Notes: generated by a model from the sequence alone, not told the origin. A stretch of DNA of 64,000 nt from Candidatus Poriferisocius sp. (GCF_965208355.1 NZ_CBDBOM010000003.1:1217394-1281393), one strand, 5' to 3'. Numbered from the stretch's first letter, positions 44,709 to 54,022 are shown. Made by a program: numbers and translations.

Positions 44709-45071
44709 CTATTGAAAATAGCTCACTTGCAGCTCGAGTTCGCGGGCTTCCTCCCGCAAGGCGGCCTCAGCGGCCATCTCAACCCGAGCGGCGTCGGCAT
44801 ACAGCTCATCGGCTCGGGCCAGGAGTCGGCGGGCCACCTGCTCGATCTCGTAGCGCAACCGGAGCAGGTGGCTGTGCTGCTGACGAAGACGGAGGCGGCT
44901 GGCGTCGGCAACGGCCGAGAGCCAAACGTCCGGCCCGTGTCGGGCCACTGGGCCATCGAGCACATGGTCGAGTCCCCGCCAGACCCTGTCGACGTCGGCC
45001 CGGACCTGCTCGCAGGCGATCGCCTGGCGTCGCAGATCATCGGCCAGGGAAAACAACTCGTAGGAAGACAT
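44709..45071 (-). CDS. small all-helical hypothetical protein
   Basis: 120 aa, Arg/Ala/Glu-rich with heptad-like helices. A W-R-G occurs at residues 31-33. It is the first gene of the minus-strand block that ends with the EssC-like gene. Confidence 0.45.
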   Translation of the reverse strand: MSSYELFSLADDLRRQAIACEQVRADVDRVWRGLDHVLDGPVARHGPDVWLSAVADASRLRLRQQHSHLLRLRYEIEQVARRLLARADELYADAARVEMAAEAALREEARELELQVSYFQ

Positions 45072-45213
45072 GTGTCATCTAAAATACATTGTTTAGATTG
45101 AAAAGCAATGAAGACTCTTCGGTCGGGGAAATCTGGTTAGATTGACCAGATCCACCCGGTACGGTGGAGAAGGTGAGCGACCCTTCCAAGACGCGAATCG
45201 GCGTGGTGAAGCG

Positions 45214-46527
45214 ATGAACGATTCTCCTCGCAAACGAATCGGCGTAGGCGTTCTGGGCTGTGGAAACGTCGGCTCGGCGTTTGTCGGACTGCTTGAGGAG
45301 CAGCGGTCGGCGATCGCGGAACGCACCGGAATGGAATTGGACGTGGTGCGGGTGGCAGTGCGAAGTACGTCGCGCGACCGCGACGTGGTCTTGGCCGATG
45401 GGGTGCTGACCACCGACGCCGCCTCCGTGGTGAACGACCCCGAAGTGGACGTGGTGGTGGAGCTGATCGGAGGCATCGAGCCCGCCCGTGAGCTGCTGGC
45501 CGCCGCGCTGAAGCTGGGCAAGCCGGTGGTCACCGGAAACAAGGAGCTGCTGGCCAACTATGGCGCCGAGCTATATGCCGCCGCTGACGCCGCCGGAGTG
45601 GATCTGCTGTTCGAGGCCGCCGTCGGCGGTGGGATTCCCCTGATTCGCCCCCTCCGGGAGTCTTTGGCCGCAGAGCCATTGCGGCGGGTGATGGGCATTG
45701 TCAACGGCACCACCAACTACATCTTGAGCCAGATGACCGAGCACGGCACCAGCTATCACGACGCCCTGGCCGACGCGCAGTCACTGGGATTCGCCGAGCG
45801 CGACCCCACTGCCGACGTGGAGGGGTTCGACGCCGCGGCCAAAGCATCCATCATCGCCACAGTGGCCTTCGGGGCCCGGGTGCTGGCCGGCAGCGTGTAC
45901 CGGGAGGGCATCTCCGGCATCAGCTCCGCCGATATCGCCCACGCCCACCGGCTGGGTTATGTGGTCAAGCTGCTGGCCATTGCCGAGCAGGTTGGCCAGG
46001 TCGAGGGCAAGCCCGAGCTAGCCGTGCGGGTTCATCCGGCGATGGTGCCGGTCGGCCATCCGCTGGCCTCGGTGCGCGATTCGTTCAACGCGGTCTTCGT
46101 GGAGGGCGACGCAGTGGGAGAGCTGATGCTCTACGGACGAGGTGCTGGCGGCCGTCCAACGGCCAGCGCCGTGCTGGGCGACCTCATCGACGCGGCCGGC
46201 AACCGGTGCCGAGGCACTTGGACCCCGATCGGTGATTTGGGCGAGGCGGTTGTCTGCTCAATCGATGACCTGGAGTCGGAGTACTACATCATCATGGAGG
46301 TGCTCGACCGGCCGGGCGTGCTGGCCGCAGTGGCCGGGGTATTCGGACGCCACGGGGTGAGCATCCGCTCCATGGAGCAGGAGGGCTTGGGCGACCAGGC
46401 TCGACTGGTGTTCATCACCCACGAGGCCACCGAGCGAGATGTGCAGGCCACATTGGGCGACCTTCGAGAGCTGGACTCTGTGCGGGGAATGCCCGCGCTG
46501 TTGCGGGTGGTCAGCCAGGGCTCATGA
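45214..46527 (+). CDS. hom: homoserine dehydrogenase
   Basis: From ATG 45214 the product is MNDSPRKRIGVGVLGCGNVGSAF (Rossmann motif). The catalytic domain and a C-terminal ACT domain follow. There is an ATGA overlap with thrC. Confidence 0.92.
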   Translation: MNDSPRKRIGVGVLGCGNVGSAFVGLLEEQRSAIAERTGMELDVVRVAVRSTSRDRDVVLADGVLTTDAASVVNDPEVDVVVELIGGIEPARELLAAALKLGKPVVTGNKELLANYGAELYAAADAAGVDLLFEAAVGGGIPLIRPLRESLAAEPLRRVMGIVNGTTNYILSQMTEHGTSYHDALADAQSLGFAERDPTADVEGFDAAAKASIIATVAFGARVLAGSVYREGISGISSADIAHAHRLGYVVKLLAIAEQVGQVEGKPELAVRVHPAMVPVGHPLASVRDSFNAVFVEGDAVGELMLYGRGAGGRPTASAVLGDLIDAAGNRCRGTWTPIGDLGEAVVCSIDDLESEYYIIMEVLDRPGVLAAVAGVFGRHGVSIRSMEQEGLGDQARLVFITHEATERDVQATLGDLRELDSVRGMPALLRVVSQGS

Positions 46528-47924
46528 AGTACATCAGCACTCGGGGCCGTGCCCCGGTTCTGGATTTCGGCGATGTGCTGTTGGCTGGCCTGGCGGCTGA
46601 CGGAGGGCTGTATGTGCCCGACCGCTGGCCGGAGCTCTCTGTAGAGGCGCTGAGCGGCCATCCCGGCCGAGGCGACTACGCCGACTTGGCCGCCGAGGTG
46701 ATGTGGCCGTTTGTGGACGGCGCCTACACCCGAGACCGATTCGACGAGCTGGTGAGAGATGCCTACGCAGGGTTCGACCATCCCGATGTGGTGCCGATGG
46801 TGGAGTTGGGCGACGGACTGTGGCTCATGGAGCTGTTCCACGGCCCGACGCTGGCCTTCAAGGACATCGCCCTACAGCTAGTGGGGCGCCTGTTTGACGA
46901 AGAGCTGTCTCGGCGGAGCGAACGGGTGACCATCGTGGGGGCCACATCGGGTGATACGGGAGCGGCGGCCATCGAGGCAGTGCGCGACCGGGAGAACATC
47001 CAAATCGTGATCCTGCACCCCCATGGGCGGGTCTCAGAGATGCAGCGGCGGCAGATGACCACCGTCGACAGCGCCAACGTCCACAACGTGGCCATCGAGG
47101 GTACGTTCGACGACTGCCAAGACCTGGTTAAGGCCATGTTCGGCGACGCCGAATTCCGGGCCAAACAGCGGCTTTCGGCCGTCAACTCCATCAACTGGGC
47201 CCGGGTAATGGCTCAAACCGTGTATTACGTGGCCGCCGCCACCCGATATGGCCTGGAGCGGGTGTCGTTCTCGGTGCCCACCGGCAACTTCGGAAATGTG
47301 CTGGCCGGCCATGTCGCCCGCCAGATGGGCCTGCCGGTGGACCGCTTCATCGTGGCCAGCAACCGCAACGACATCTTGACGCAGTTCTTCACCACCGGCT
47401 CGATGGCCATTTCCGAAGTGCACCCCACGATGTCGCCCAGCATGGACATCCAGGTGTCGTCCAACCTTGAGCGGCTGCTGTTCGAGCTGCTGGATCGGGA
47501 CGGGATTCGCACTGCCAAACTGCTAGAGGACTTCCGGGCCACCGGTGAGATGAGGATCGATCCCCGCATCTCCGTGGAGTTGAATCAGAACTGGTCGGGA
47601 GTACGGGTGGACGAGGATGAGACCACCGCCGCCATCGCCGAGCTTTTTCGGGACACCGGCATGATCGTCGATCCCCACACTGCGGTGGGTCTGGCCGCCG
47701 CCCGTCACACCCGACGCGACGCCGACGGGGCCATGGTGGTGATGGCCACCGCCCACCCGGCCAAATTCGGTGATGCAGTGGAGGCCGCCATCGGTTCGCC
47801 CGCACCGCTGCCTCCCGCGCTGGCTGAGTTGGCCGACCGCACCGAGCGATGCGAACGCCTTCCCAACGACTTGAGGGCGGTGAAGGCCCATGTCGCCCAG
47901 TGTTCGGCACGAGCTTTCGGATAG
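46524..47924 (+). CDS. thrC: threonine synthase
   Basis: 466 aa with the PLP-Lys region GPTLAFKDIALQ and TSGDTGAAA. Confidence 0.93.
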   Translation: MKYISTRGRAPVLDFGDVLLAGLAADGGLYVPDRWPELSVEALSGHPGRGDYADLAAEVMWPFVDGAYTRDRFDELVRDAYAGFDHPDVVPMVELGDGLWLMELFHGPTLAFKDIALQLVGRLFDEELSRRSERVTIVGATSGDTGAAAIEAVRDRENIQIVILHPHGRVSEMQRRQMTTVDSANVHNVAIEGTFDDCQDLVKAMFGDAEFRAKQRLSAVNSINWARVMAQTVYYVAAATRYGLERVSFSVPTGNFGNVLAGHVARQMGLPVDRFIVASNRNDILTQFFTTGSMAISEVHPTMSPSMDIQVSSNLERLLFELLDRDGIRTAKLLEDFRATGEMRIDPRISVELNQNWSGVRVDEDETTAAIAELFRDTGMIVDPHTAVGLAAARHTRRDADGAMVVMATAHPAKFGDAVEAAIGSPAPLPPALAELADRTERCERLPNDLRAVKAHVAQCSARAFG

Positions 47925-48025
47925 CGGCTGACCACAATTGATCTGGCAGAATCGAGCATCGTGAAGTTCGTGGTGTGTGTAGCCAGCCTGCGGTGCTGTC
48001 GAACAGAGCAAGAGAGTCGTTCATC

Positions 48026-49174
48026 GTGAAATACGTGGTGTGCATACCCGACGGGTGCTCGGATCTGCCGGTACCTGAGCTTGACGGGGCCACCCCATTG
48101 GAAGCGGCTCGCACTCCGGTGCTCGACGCCCTGGCTGCCCGGGGACAGGTGGGATTGGCCCAGGTCATCCCTCCGGGAATGCCGCCGGGTAGCGACGTGG
48201 GCAACATGTCCATCTTCGGGTACGACCCCACCCGCTACCACACGGGGCGCTCGCCCATTGAAGCTGCCGCACTAGGCCTCACCCTCACCCCCGACCAGGT
48301 GGCCTACCGCTGCAATCTGGTAACGGTGACCGAAGACGGCATCATGGCCGACTTCTCCGGAGGCCACCCCGACTCTGCTCGGGCCGCCGAGGTCATAGCC
48401 GCACTGGACGCGGAATTGGGGGGCGAGGTCAGCTTTCATGCCGGGGTTCAGTACCGCCACACGATGATTGCTCCGGCCGAGTGGGCCGACGCGATCTGCA
48501 CTCCGCCCCACGAGCTCTCCGATCTGCCGGTGGTGGGACCCCAGGGCCCAGCCGGGCCCAAGCTCGCCTCTTTGGAGGAGGCTTCCCGGTCGGTGGTGCC
48601 CAGATTCGGATTGAAGGCCAACCGGATTTGGCTGTGGGGTCAGGGATTCCAGCCGGAGATGCCCTCCTTCCGGGAGATGCACGGCGTGGAAGCTGGGATG
48701 GTCAGCGCAGTCGACTTGGTGCGAGGGATCGGGGCGCTCACCGGCATGACGGTGGCCAATGTGCCGGGAGCCACCGCCTGGTACGACACCAATTACGAGG
48801 GGAAGCGAGATGCAGCTCTGGCCGGTTTGGCCGATGGCGCAGACCTGTATGCAATCCACGTGGAGGCCAGTGACGAGGCCGGGCATGAGGGCAATGTGGC
48901 CGAGAAGGTCAGATGCCTGGAGAACTGGGACCGTCGCATCCTGGCCGGTTTGATTGACGGCTTGGATCAATTGGGCCCTTGGCGGCTGCTGCTGCTGCCC
49001 GACCACGCCACACCGCTCACCACCAGGAGCCACATCGATGATCCAGTTCCCTATCTGATTGTCGACTCAGAGGTCGACGGCCCCGGCGGCGTCTACACCG
49101 AACAGGGGGCGGCCTCAGCTGAGGTGGTACCCGGCCATCACCTGATGGGGAGGCTCCTGGCCCGGGCCAGCTAG
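48026..49174 (+). CDS. archaeal-type cofactor-independent phosphoglycerate mutase (ApgM) family protein; candidate non-orthologous homoserine kinase
   Basis: From GTG 48026 the product is VKYVVCIPDGCSDLP..., with the metal-site motif HVEASDEAGHEGN of the alkaline-phosphatase superfamily. It occupies the thrB slot after hom-thrC. Confidence 0.7.
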   Translation: MKYVVCIPDGCSDLPVPELDGATPLEAARTPVLDALAARGQVGLAQVIPPGMPPGSDVGNMSIFGYDPTRYHTGRSPIEAAALGLTLTPDQVAYRCNLVTVTEDGIMADFSGGHPDSARAAEVIAALDAELGGEVSFHAGVQYRHTMIAPAEWADAICTPPHELSDLPVVGPQGPAGPKLASLEEASRSVVPRFGLKANRIWLWGQGFQPEMPSFREMHGVEAGMVSAVDLVRGIGALTGMTVANVPGATAWYDTNYEGKRDAALAGLADGADLYAIHVEASDEAGHEGNVAEKVRCLENWDRRILAGLIDGLDQLGPWRLLLLPDHATPLTTRSHIDDPVPYLIVDSEVDGPGGVYTEQGAASAEVVPGHHLMGRLLARAS

Positions 49175-49451
49175 GCCAAAAAAAGCCTGGAATGTTGCCA
49201 CTGGTGGGCGATTACGGTATTCTTTCGGGCGTTGGAACTGCGGTGTTTCTAGCGGTTCTACGGGAAGCCTTCTGACCACTCGGTCGATTTCGACATTCCT
49301 TTTGTCAGCGTCCCGGTGGTTAATGGCTGCCTAATTCATGCCTTCTGCACTCGCGGATGGCGTGCCGAACAACACGAAGTGCACTCACAAAGCTGTGGCA
49401 CTTCAAGGGAGTAACAAATGCCCTCCAGTTGTGGCGTATCAAGGGAGAAAT

Positions 49452-51200
49452 GTGAGCGTAGAGACCACTGAGCTGTCTCGGTCGAAACTTCAGCGCAAAG
49501 ACCGGGCGCAGCTTCAGATAATTGCAAGGGCCATGGGCGGACGCCCAGAGCCCAAAGCCCGAAAAGCAGACATCGTGGACATGATCCTCGAGCTCGCCGG
49601 CGTCGACGGCGACGGCCAAGCTGCAGCCGATTCCGCTGGCAATGGGGCCGCCCCCGCTCAGGCGGAGTCCATCGAGGAATCCAAAGAAGAGCAGGGCGAA
49701 GAGCCCGTTTCTGAGGGCGAGTCGCCCGACACCCAGCAGGACGAGGCTCAGCAGGACGACGCTCCCGAGGCGCGGCAAGACGCACCGGCCGAAGAAGCCG
49801 GAGAGGAAGAGAAGACGGACCGCAGCCGCTCCGATAAAGACCGCGATAATCGCGGTGACGACGACCGTCCCCGCCAGGACCGCGATCGCCAAGACCGCTC
49901 CCGCCAAGAGGGGGATCGCCAGGATCGCTCCCGTCAGGATCGGGATCGCCAAGACCGTCCCCGCCAACAGGATGACCAGCCCGAGATCGGCAACCGTCGC
50001 CGGCGGCGTCGGGGCCGCAATGACCGGGATCGGCCCGAGGAACCCTGGGAGGGCGATCCCATCGCCATCTCAGGCCACTTGGACCTGAGAGACGACGGCT
50101 ATGGATTCCTGCGGATAAAGGGCTTTCAGCCCAGCAAGGAAGATGCCTACGTATCGGTCAAGCAAGTCCGCCAGTTCGGGTTGCGCAAGGGAGACTTTCT
50201 GGCCGGAGGCTGCCGCCCGGCCACCAGAAACGAGAAGAACCCCGCCCTTCTGCACATCGACAGCGTTAACGGGGTGGCCCCCGAGTCGGTCAAGCAGCGG
50301 CCCAAGTTCGAGGATCTGACTCCTCTATTCCCCGACGAGCAACTCCGACTGGAGCGCGACGACGATCCGGCCAACATGACCTGCCGCATCATCGACCTCT
50401 TGTCGCCCATCGGCAAGGGTCAACGCGGTCTGATCGTGTCACCACCCAAAGCGGGCAAGACCACGATCATGAAGGAGATCGCCCGATCCATCGAGCTGAA
50501 CAACCCCGAAGTGCATCTCCTGGTGCTACTAGTGGACGAGCGCCCTGAAGAGGTCACCGACATGCGGCGCTGGCTGCTGCGGGGTGAGGTGGCGGCATCC
50601 ACCTTCGACCGCCCGGCCGAAGAGCACACCCACGTGGCCGAGATGACCATCGAGCGGGCCAAGCGCATGGTGGAGCGGGGCGAAGACGTTGTGATCGTCC
50701 TCGACGGCATCACCCGCCTGTCCAGGGCCTACAACTTGGCCGCACCGGCCACCGGGCGAATTATGTCCGGCGGCATCGACACCGGTGCGTTGTATCCCCC
50801 CAAGAAGTTCTTCGGCGCGGCCCGCAACGTGGAGGAGGGCGGCTCGCTCACCATCCTGGCCACCGCGCTGGTGGAGACCGGATCCCGGATGGACGAGGTC
50901 ATCTTCGAGGAGTTCAAGGGCACCGGCAATATGGAGCTGCGCCTGGACCGGCACATCGCCGAGCGGCGCATCTACCCGGCCATCAACGTGGACGCCTCCT
51001 CCACCCGTCACGAGGAGCTGCTCTTCGAGCGCCGTCAGCTCCAGCAGGTCTGGAAGCTGCGCCGGGTGCTCAACGGCCTCTCCAGCGACGGCAACGGGGG
51101 CGGGGCAGCCGGCTTGGAGTTGCTGATGGATCGACTGCGCACTTTCCCCAACAACGCCGCATTCCTAGAGGAAGTGGCGAAAGGCCCCGCTGGGGTGTGA
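49452..51200 (+). CDS. rho: transcription termination factor Rho (with Arg/Asp/Gln-rich N-terminal insertion)
   Basis: GTG 49452 follows AAGGGAG. The Rho_N region is [20 protein letters not shown] low-complexity [10 protein letters not shown] insert is followed by a cold-shock-like RNA-binding domain and Walker [10 protein letters not shown]. Confidence 0.92.
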   Translation: MSVETTELSRSKLQRKDRAQLQIIARAMGGRPEPKARKADIVDMILELAGVDGDGQAAADSAGNGAAPAQAESIEESKEEQGEEPVSEGESPDTQQDEAQQDDAPEARQDAPAEEAGEEEKTDRSRSDKDRDNRGDDDRPRQDRDRQDRSRQEGDRQDRSRQDRDRQDRPRQQDDQPEIGNRRRRRRGRNDRDRPEEPWEGDPIAISGHLDLRDDGYGFLRIKGFQPSKEDAYVSVKQVRQFGLRKGDFLAGGCRPATRNEKNPALLHIDSVNGVAPESVKQRPKFEDLTPLFPDEQLRLERDDDPANMTCRIIDLLSPIGKGQRGLIVSPPKAGKTTIMKEIARSIELNNPEVHLLVLLVDERPEEVTDMRRWLLRGEVAASTFDRPAEEHTHVAEMTIERAKRMVERGEDVVIVLDGITRLSRAYNLAAPATGRIMSGGIDTGALYPPKKFFGAARNVEEGGSLTILATALVETGSRMDEVIFEEFKGTGNMELRLDRHIAERRIYPAINVDASSTRHEELLFERRQLQQVWKLRRVLNGLSSDGNGGGAAGLELLMDRLRTFPNNAAFLEEVAKGPAGV

Positions 51201-51213
51201 GGCTAGGAGCGAC

Positions 51214-51480
51214 ATGAAGCCCGAAATCCATCCCGAGTACCGCTTGGTGGTGTTTCAGGACACCTCCGCGGGCACGTCCTTTCTCACCCGGTCCACCATT
51301 GAGACCTCCGAGTCGGTGGTGTGGGAGGACGGCAACGAGTACCCCCTGGCCAAGGTGGGGATCTCCAGCGCCAGCCACCCATTCTTCACCGGCCAGATGA
51401 CCATCGTGGACACGGCCGGCCGGGTGGAGCGCTTTGAGCGCCGCTACGGGCATCGCAAGCGGTCGTCCAAAGAGAGCTGA
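51214..51480 (+). CDS. rpmE: 50S ribosomal protein L31, type B (no CxxC zinc motif)
   Basis: 88 aa, [18 protein letters not shown]...[10 protein letters not shown]. Confidence 0.9.
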   Translation: MKPEIHPEYRLVVFQDTSAGTSFLTRSTIETSESVVWEDGNEYPLAKVGISSASHPFFTGQMTIVDTAGRVERFERRYGHRKRSSKES

Positions 51481-51540
51481 CCCGGCCCAACCTCGCATTC
51501 TGTTCCCGTCGGCAACTCGGCCCCCGGGTAGTTTGGAAGC

Positions 51541-52608
51541 ATGGAGGAGAACGCCGCCTACGAAGAGATTGAGGCGGAGTTCGTCGCGCTTGAGGGACAG
51601 CTAGCCGATCCGGAGTTGCTGGCCGATCGTGATACATATGCCGCCACAGCCCGTCGCTACAAGGAATTGGAGGCCAAGGCTGTCCGAATCCGGGAACTGC
51701 GGGGCCATCGAGAGGACATAGAGACCGCCACCGAGATGCTGGTTGACGCCGACGCGGCTGAGCAGAGCCTGCTGGAGGCCGAGATCGAAGCTGCTTCCGC
51801 GGCGGCCGAGGGGTTGGAAGCCGAGCTGGTCGAATTGATGGTTCCCCGGGATCCCAACGACGGCAAGAACGTGATCGTGGAGATCAAAGGGGCCGAAGGG
51901 GGCGAGGAGGCCAACTTGTTCGCTCGCGACCTCTTCGACATGTACTCGGCCTTCGCAGGCCAGCAGCGCTGGAAACTGGAGATGATGAACGCCCAGAACT
52001 CCGACATGGGGGGCTACACCGACGTGGTGTTCATGCTGCGGGGCGATGACGTGTGGCGCAAGATGAAGTACGAGGGCGGTCCCCACCGGGTTCAGCGGGT
52101 GCCGGTGACCGAGTCTCAGGGCCGGGTACACACCTCGTCCGCCACCGTGTCGGTGCTGCCCGAGGCCGAGGAGGTGGAGGTGCACATCGAGGAGAAGGAC
52201 CTCCAGGTGGACGTGTACCGGTCGTCGGGTCCGGGCGGCCAGTCGGTGAACACCACCGACTCGGCGGTGCGCATCACCCACAAGCCCACCGGGATGGTGG
52301 TCTCGATGCAGGACGAGAAAAGCCAGCTCCAGAACCGCAACAAGGCCATGGCCGTTCTCAGGGCCCGGCTGTTGCAAGCCGAACAGCAGCGCCGACAAGA
52401 CGAGCTCTCCGAACAGCGCAGGGGCCAGGTGGGCGGCGGCGGTCGCTCGGAGAAGATCCGGACCTACAACTTCAAGGAGAACCGGGTCTCCGACCACCGC
52501 ATCGGACTGACCCTCTACAAGCTCGATCGCATCTTGGCCGGGGCCTTGGACGAGGTGGTGGACGCCCTGGCCGAGGCTGAGCGCCACGAACACACCGCCG
52601 GATCGTGA
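51541..52608 (+). CDS. prfA: peptide chain release factor 1
   Basis: 355 aa with the GGQ motif SSGPGGQSVNTTDSAV and a PVT-type tripeptide region RVPVTESQGRVHTS. Confidence 0.95.
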   Translation: MEENAAYEEIEAEFVALEGQLADPELLADRDTYAATARRYKELEAKAVRIRELRGHREDIETATEMLVDADAAEQSLLEAEIEAASAAAEGLEAELVELMVPRDPNDGKNVIVEIKGAEGGEEANLFARDLFDMYSAFAGQQRWKLEMMNAQNSDMGGYTDVVFMLRGDDVWRKMKYEGGPHRVQRVPVTESQGRVHTSSATVSVLPEAEEVEVHIEEKDLQVDVYRSSGPGGQSVNTTDSAVRITHKPTGMVVSMQDEKSQLQNRNKAMAVLRARLLQAEQQRRQDELSEQRRGQVGGGGRSEKIRTYNFKENRVSDHRIGLTLYKLDRILAGALDEVVDALAEAERHEHTAGS

Positions 52609-53483
52609 GCTTGGCGGCCCAGACAGTGACCTGGGGCGATGTGGCGATGGACGCCGCTCGCCGACTGGGCGATGCGGGGGTGGCCGACGCGGAGGTGCAG
52701 GCCCGCCGCCTGGTGGAGCAGGCTTCGGGATTTGAGGGCGGGGAGTACTACGTAGGGCTGACCCGGGGGGCCTCCCAGCGGCAATTGGCCCATTTGGACT
52801 CCATGCTGGGCCGTCGCCTGGCTGGTGAGCCGTTGCAGTATGTGCTGGGGCGATGGGGCTTCCGGGGCTTGGACTTGATGGTTAGCCCCGCGGTGCTCAT
52901 CCCCCGTCCCGAGACAGAGACCCTCGCCGGGTTGGCGGTTGCCGAGTTGTCCCGCCGCCACCCGCCGGGCGGCCTAGTGGTGGACCTGGGCACCGGCAGC
53001 GGGGCAGTGGGGCTGGCGGTGGCGGCCGAGTGCGACACAGCCCGGGTGGTGCTCACCGACTCATCAGCCGAGGCACTGGCGGTGGCCCGGGCCAACCTGG
53101 CCGGACTGGGCCGGGCCGCGGTGCGGGTGTCGGCTTCCCAGGGGTCGTGGTATGAAGCCCTGCCCGAGTCGATGGTGGGGACGGTTGACGTGGTTGTGAG
53201 CAATCCTCCGTACGTGCGCGACGACGAGACGCTGCCCCCCGACGTGGCTGACTGGGAGCCGGCGATGGCACTGAGGGGCGGGGCCGACGGGTTGGACGGT
53301 GCCCGTCGCATCTTGGCCGATGCCCGGGGCTGGCTGAGGCCTGAGGGCTCGGTGCTGCTGGAGCTATCGCCCGACCAGATGGAGGCTGCCGCAGCAATGG
53401 CCCAAGCCGGCGGGCTGGTCGTCGAAGCCGTACACCCCGACCTGGCCGGTCGCGAGCGGGTGCTGCACTGCCGGAGGGCTTAG
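52605..53483 (+). CDS. prmC: release factor glutamine methyltransferase
   Basis: 292 aa with the SAM motif VVDLGTGSGAVGL and catalytic VSNPPYV. It overlaps the prfA stop. Confidence 0.9.
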   Translation: MSLAAQTVTWGDVAMDAARRLGDAGVADAEVQARRLVEQASGFEGGEYYVGLTRGASQRQLAHLDSMLGRRLAGEPLQYVLGRWGFRGLDLMVSPAVLIPRPETETLAGLAVAELSRRHPPGGLVVDLGTGSGAVGLAVAAECDTARVVLTDSSAEALAVARANLAGLGRAAVRVSASQGSWYEALPESMVGTVDVVVSNPPYVRDDETLPPDVADWEPAMALRGGADGLDGARRILADARGWLRPEGSVLLELSPDQMEAAAAMAQAGGLVVEAVHPDLAGRERVLHCRRA

Positions 53484-53488
53484 TAGGC

Positions 53489-54022
53489 ATGGGCGACGCA
53501 GCCGGACTGGTGGAGATGGCTGTCGCCGAGTTGCGGGCGGGCCGAGCGGTGATCATTCCCACCGACACGGTGTACGGGCTGGCCGCCTTGCCCGAGAACG
53601 TGGACCTGCTGTTCGAGCTCAAGCAGCGCCCTCCGGACAAGGCGGTGGCCATCCTGGTGGCCCATCCCGCCGATGCCGAACAGCTCTTCGACCCGCTGCC
53701 CGCCACTCGGCGGCTCATGGAGGCCTGCTGGCCGGGAGCGCTAACCATCGTCCAAGACGGCCATGGCGTGCGCTGTCCCGACCACCCGCTGGTGCAGACC
53801 CTGGCTGCCGCGGTTGGACCGATCGCCACCACCAGCGCCAATCTGAGCGGCCAGCCCACCCCCCACACCGCGGCGGAAGCTGCCGACGCCTTTCCAGCCG
53901 TGCAGCTGGTAATCGACGGCGGCCGACTCCAAGCTCCCGCGTCCACGGTTGTGGAGGTGACCGAAGACGGGCTCAACATCCTTCGCCAAGGGGCCGTTGA
54001 CGTGGAGGGGATCGTGGGATGA
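53489..54022 (+). CDS. tsaC: L-threonylcarbamoyladenylate synthase (YrdC-domain only, TsaC/Sua5 family)
   Basis: 177 aa with IIPTDTVYGLAA and TTSANLSGQP motifs. It occupies the position equivalent to Mycobacterium Rv1301. Confidence 0.85.
   Translation: MGDAAGLVEMAVAELRAGRAVIIPTDTVYGLAALPENVDLLFELKQRPPDKAVAILVAHPADAEQLFDPLPATRRLMEACWPGALTIVQDGHGVRCPDHPLVQTLAAAVGPIATTSANLSGQPTPHTAAEAADAFPAVQLVIDGGRLQAPASTVVEVTEDGLNILRQGAVDVEGIVG

Noticed and set aside
49642-49990. Repetitive DNA in rho (cgccaagaccg..cccgcca units encoding [10 protein letters not shown]).
   Set aside because: Arg/Asp/Gln-rich N-terminal insertions are a known feature of actinobacterial Rho proteins. This is treated as ordinary low-complexity coding sequence, not a novel element.
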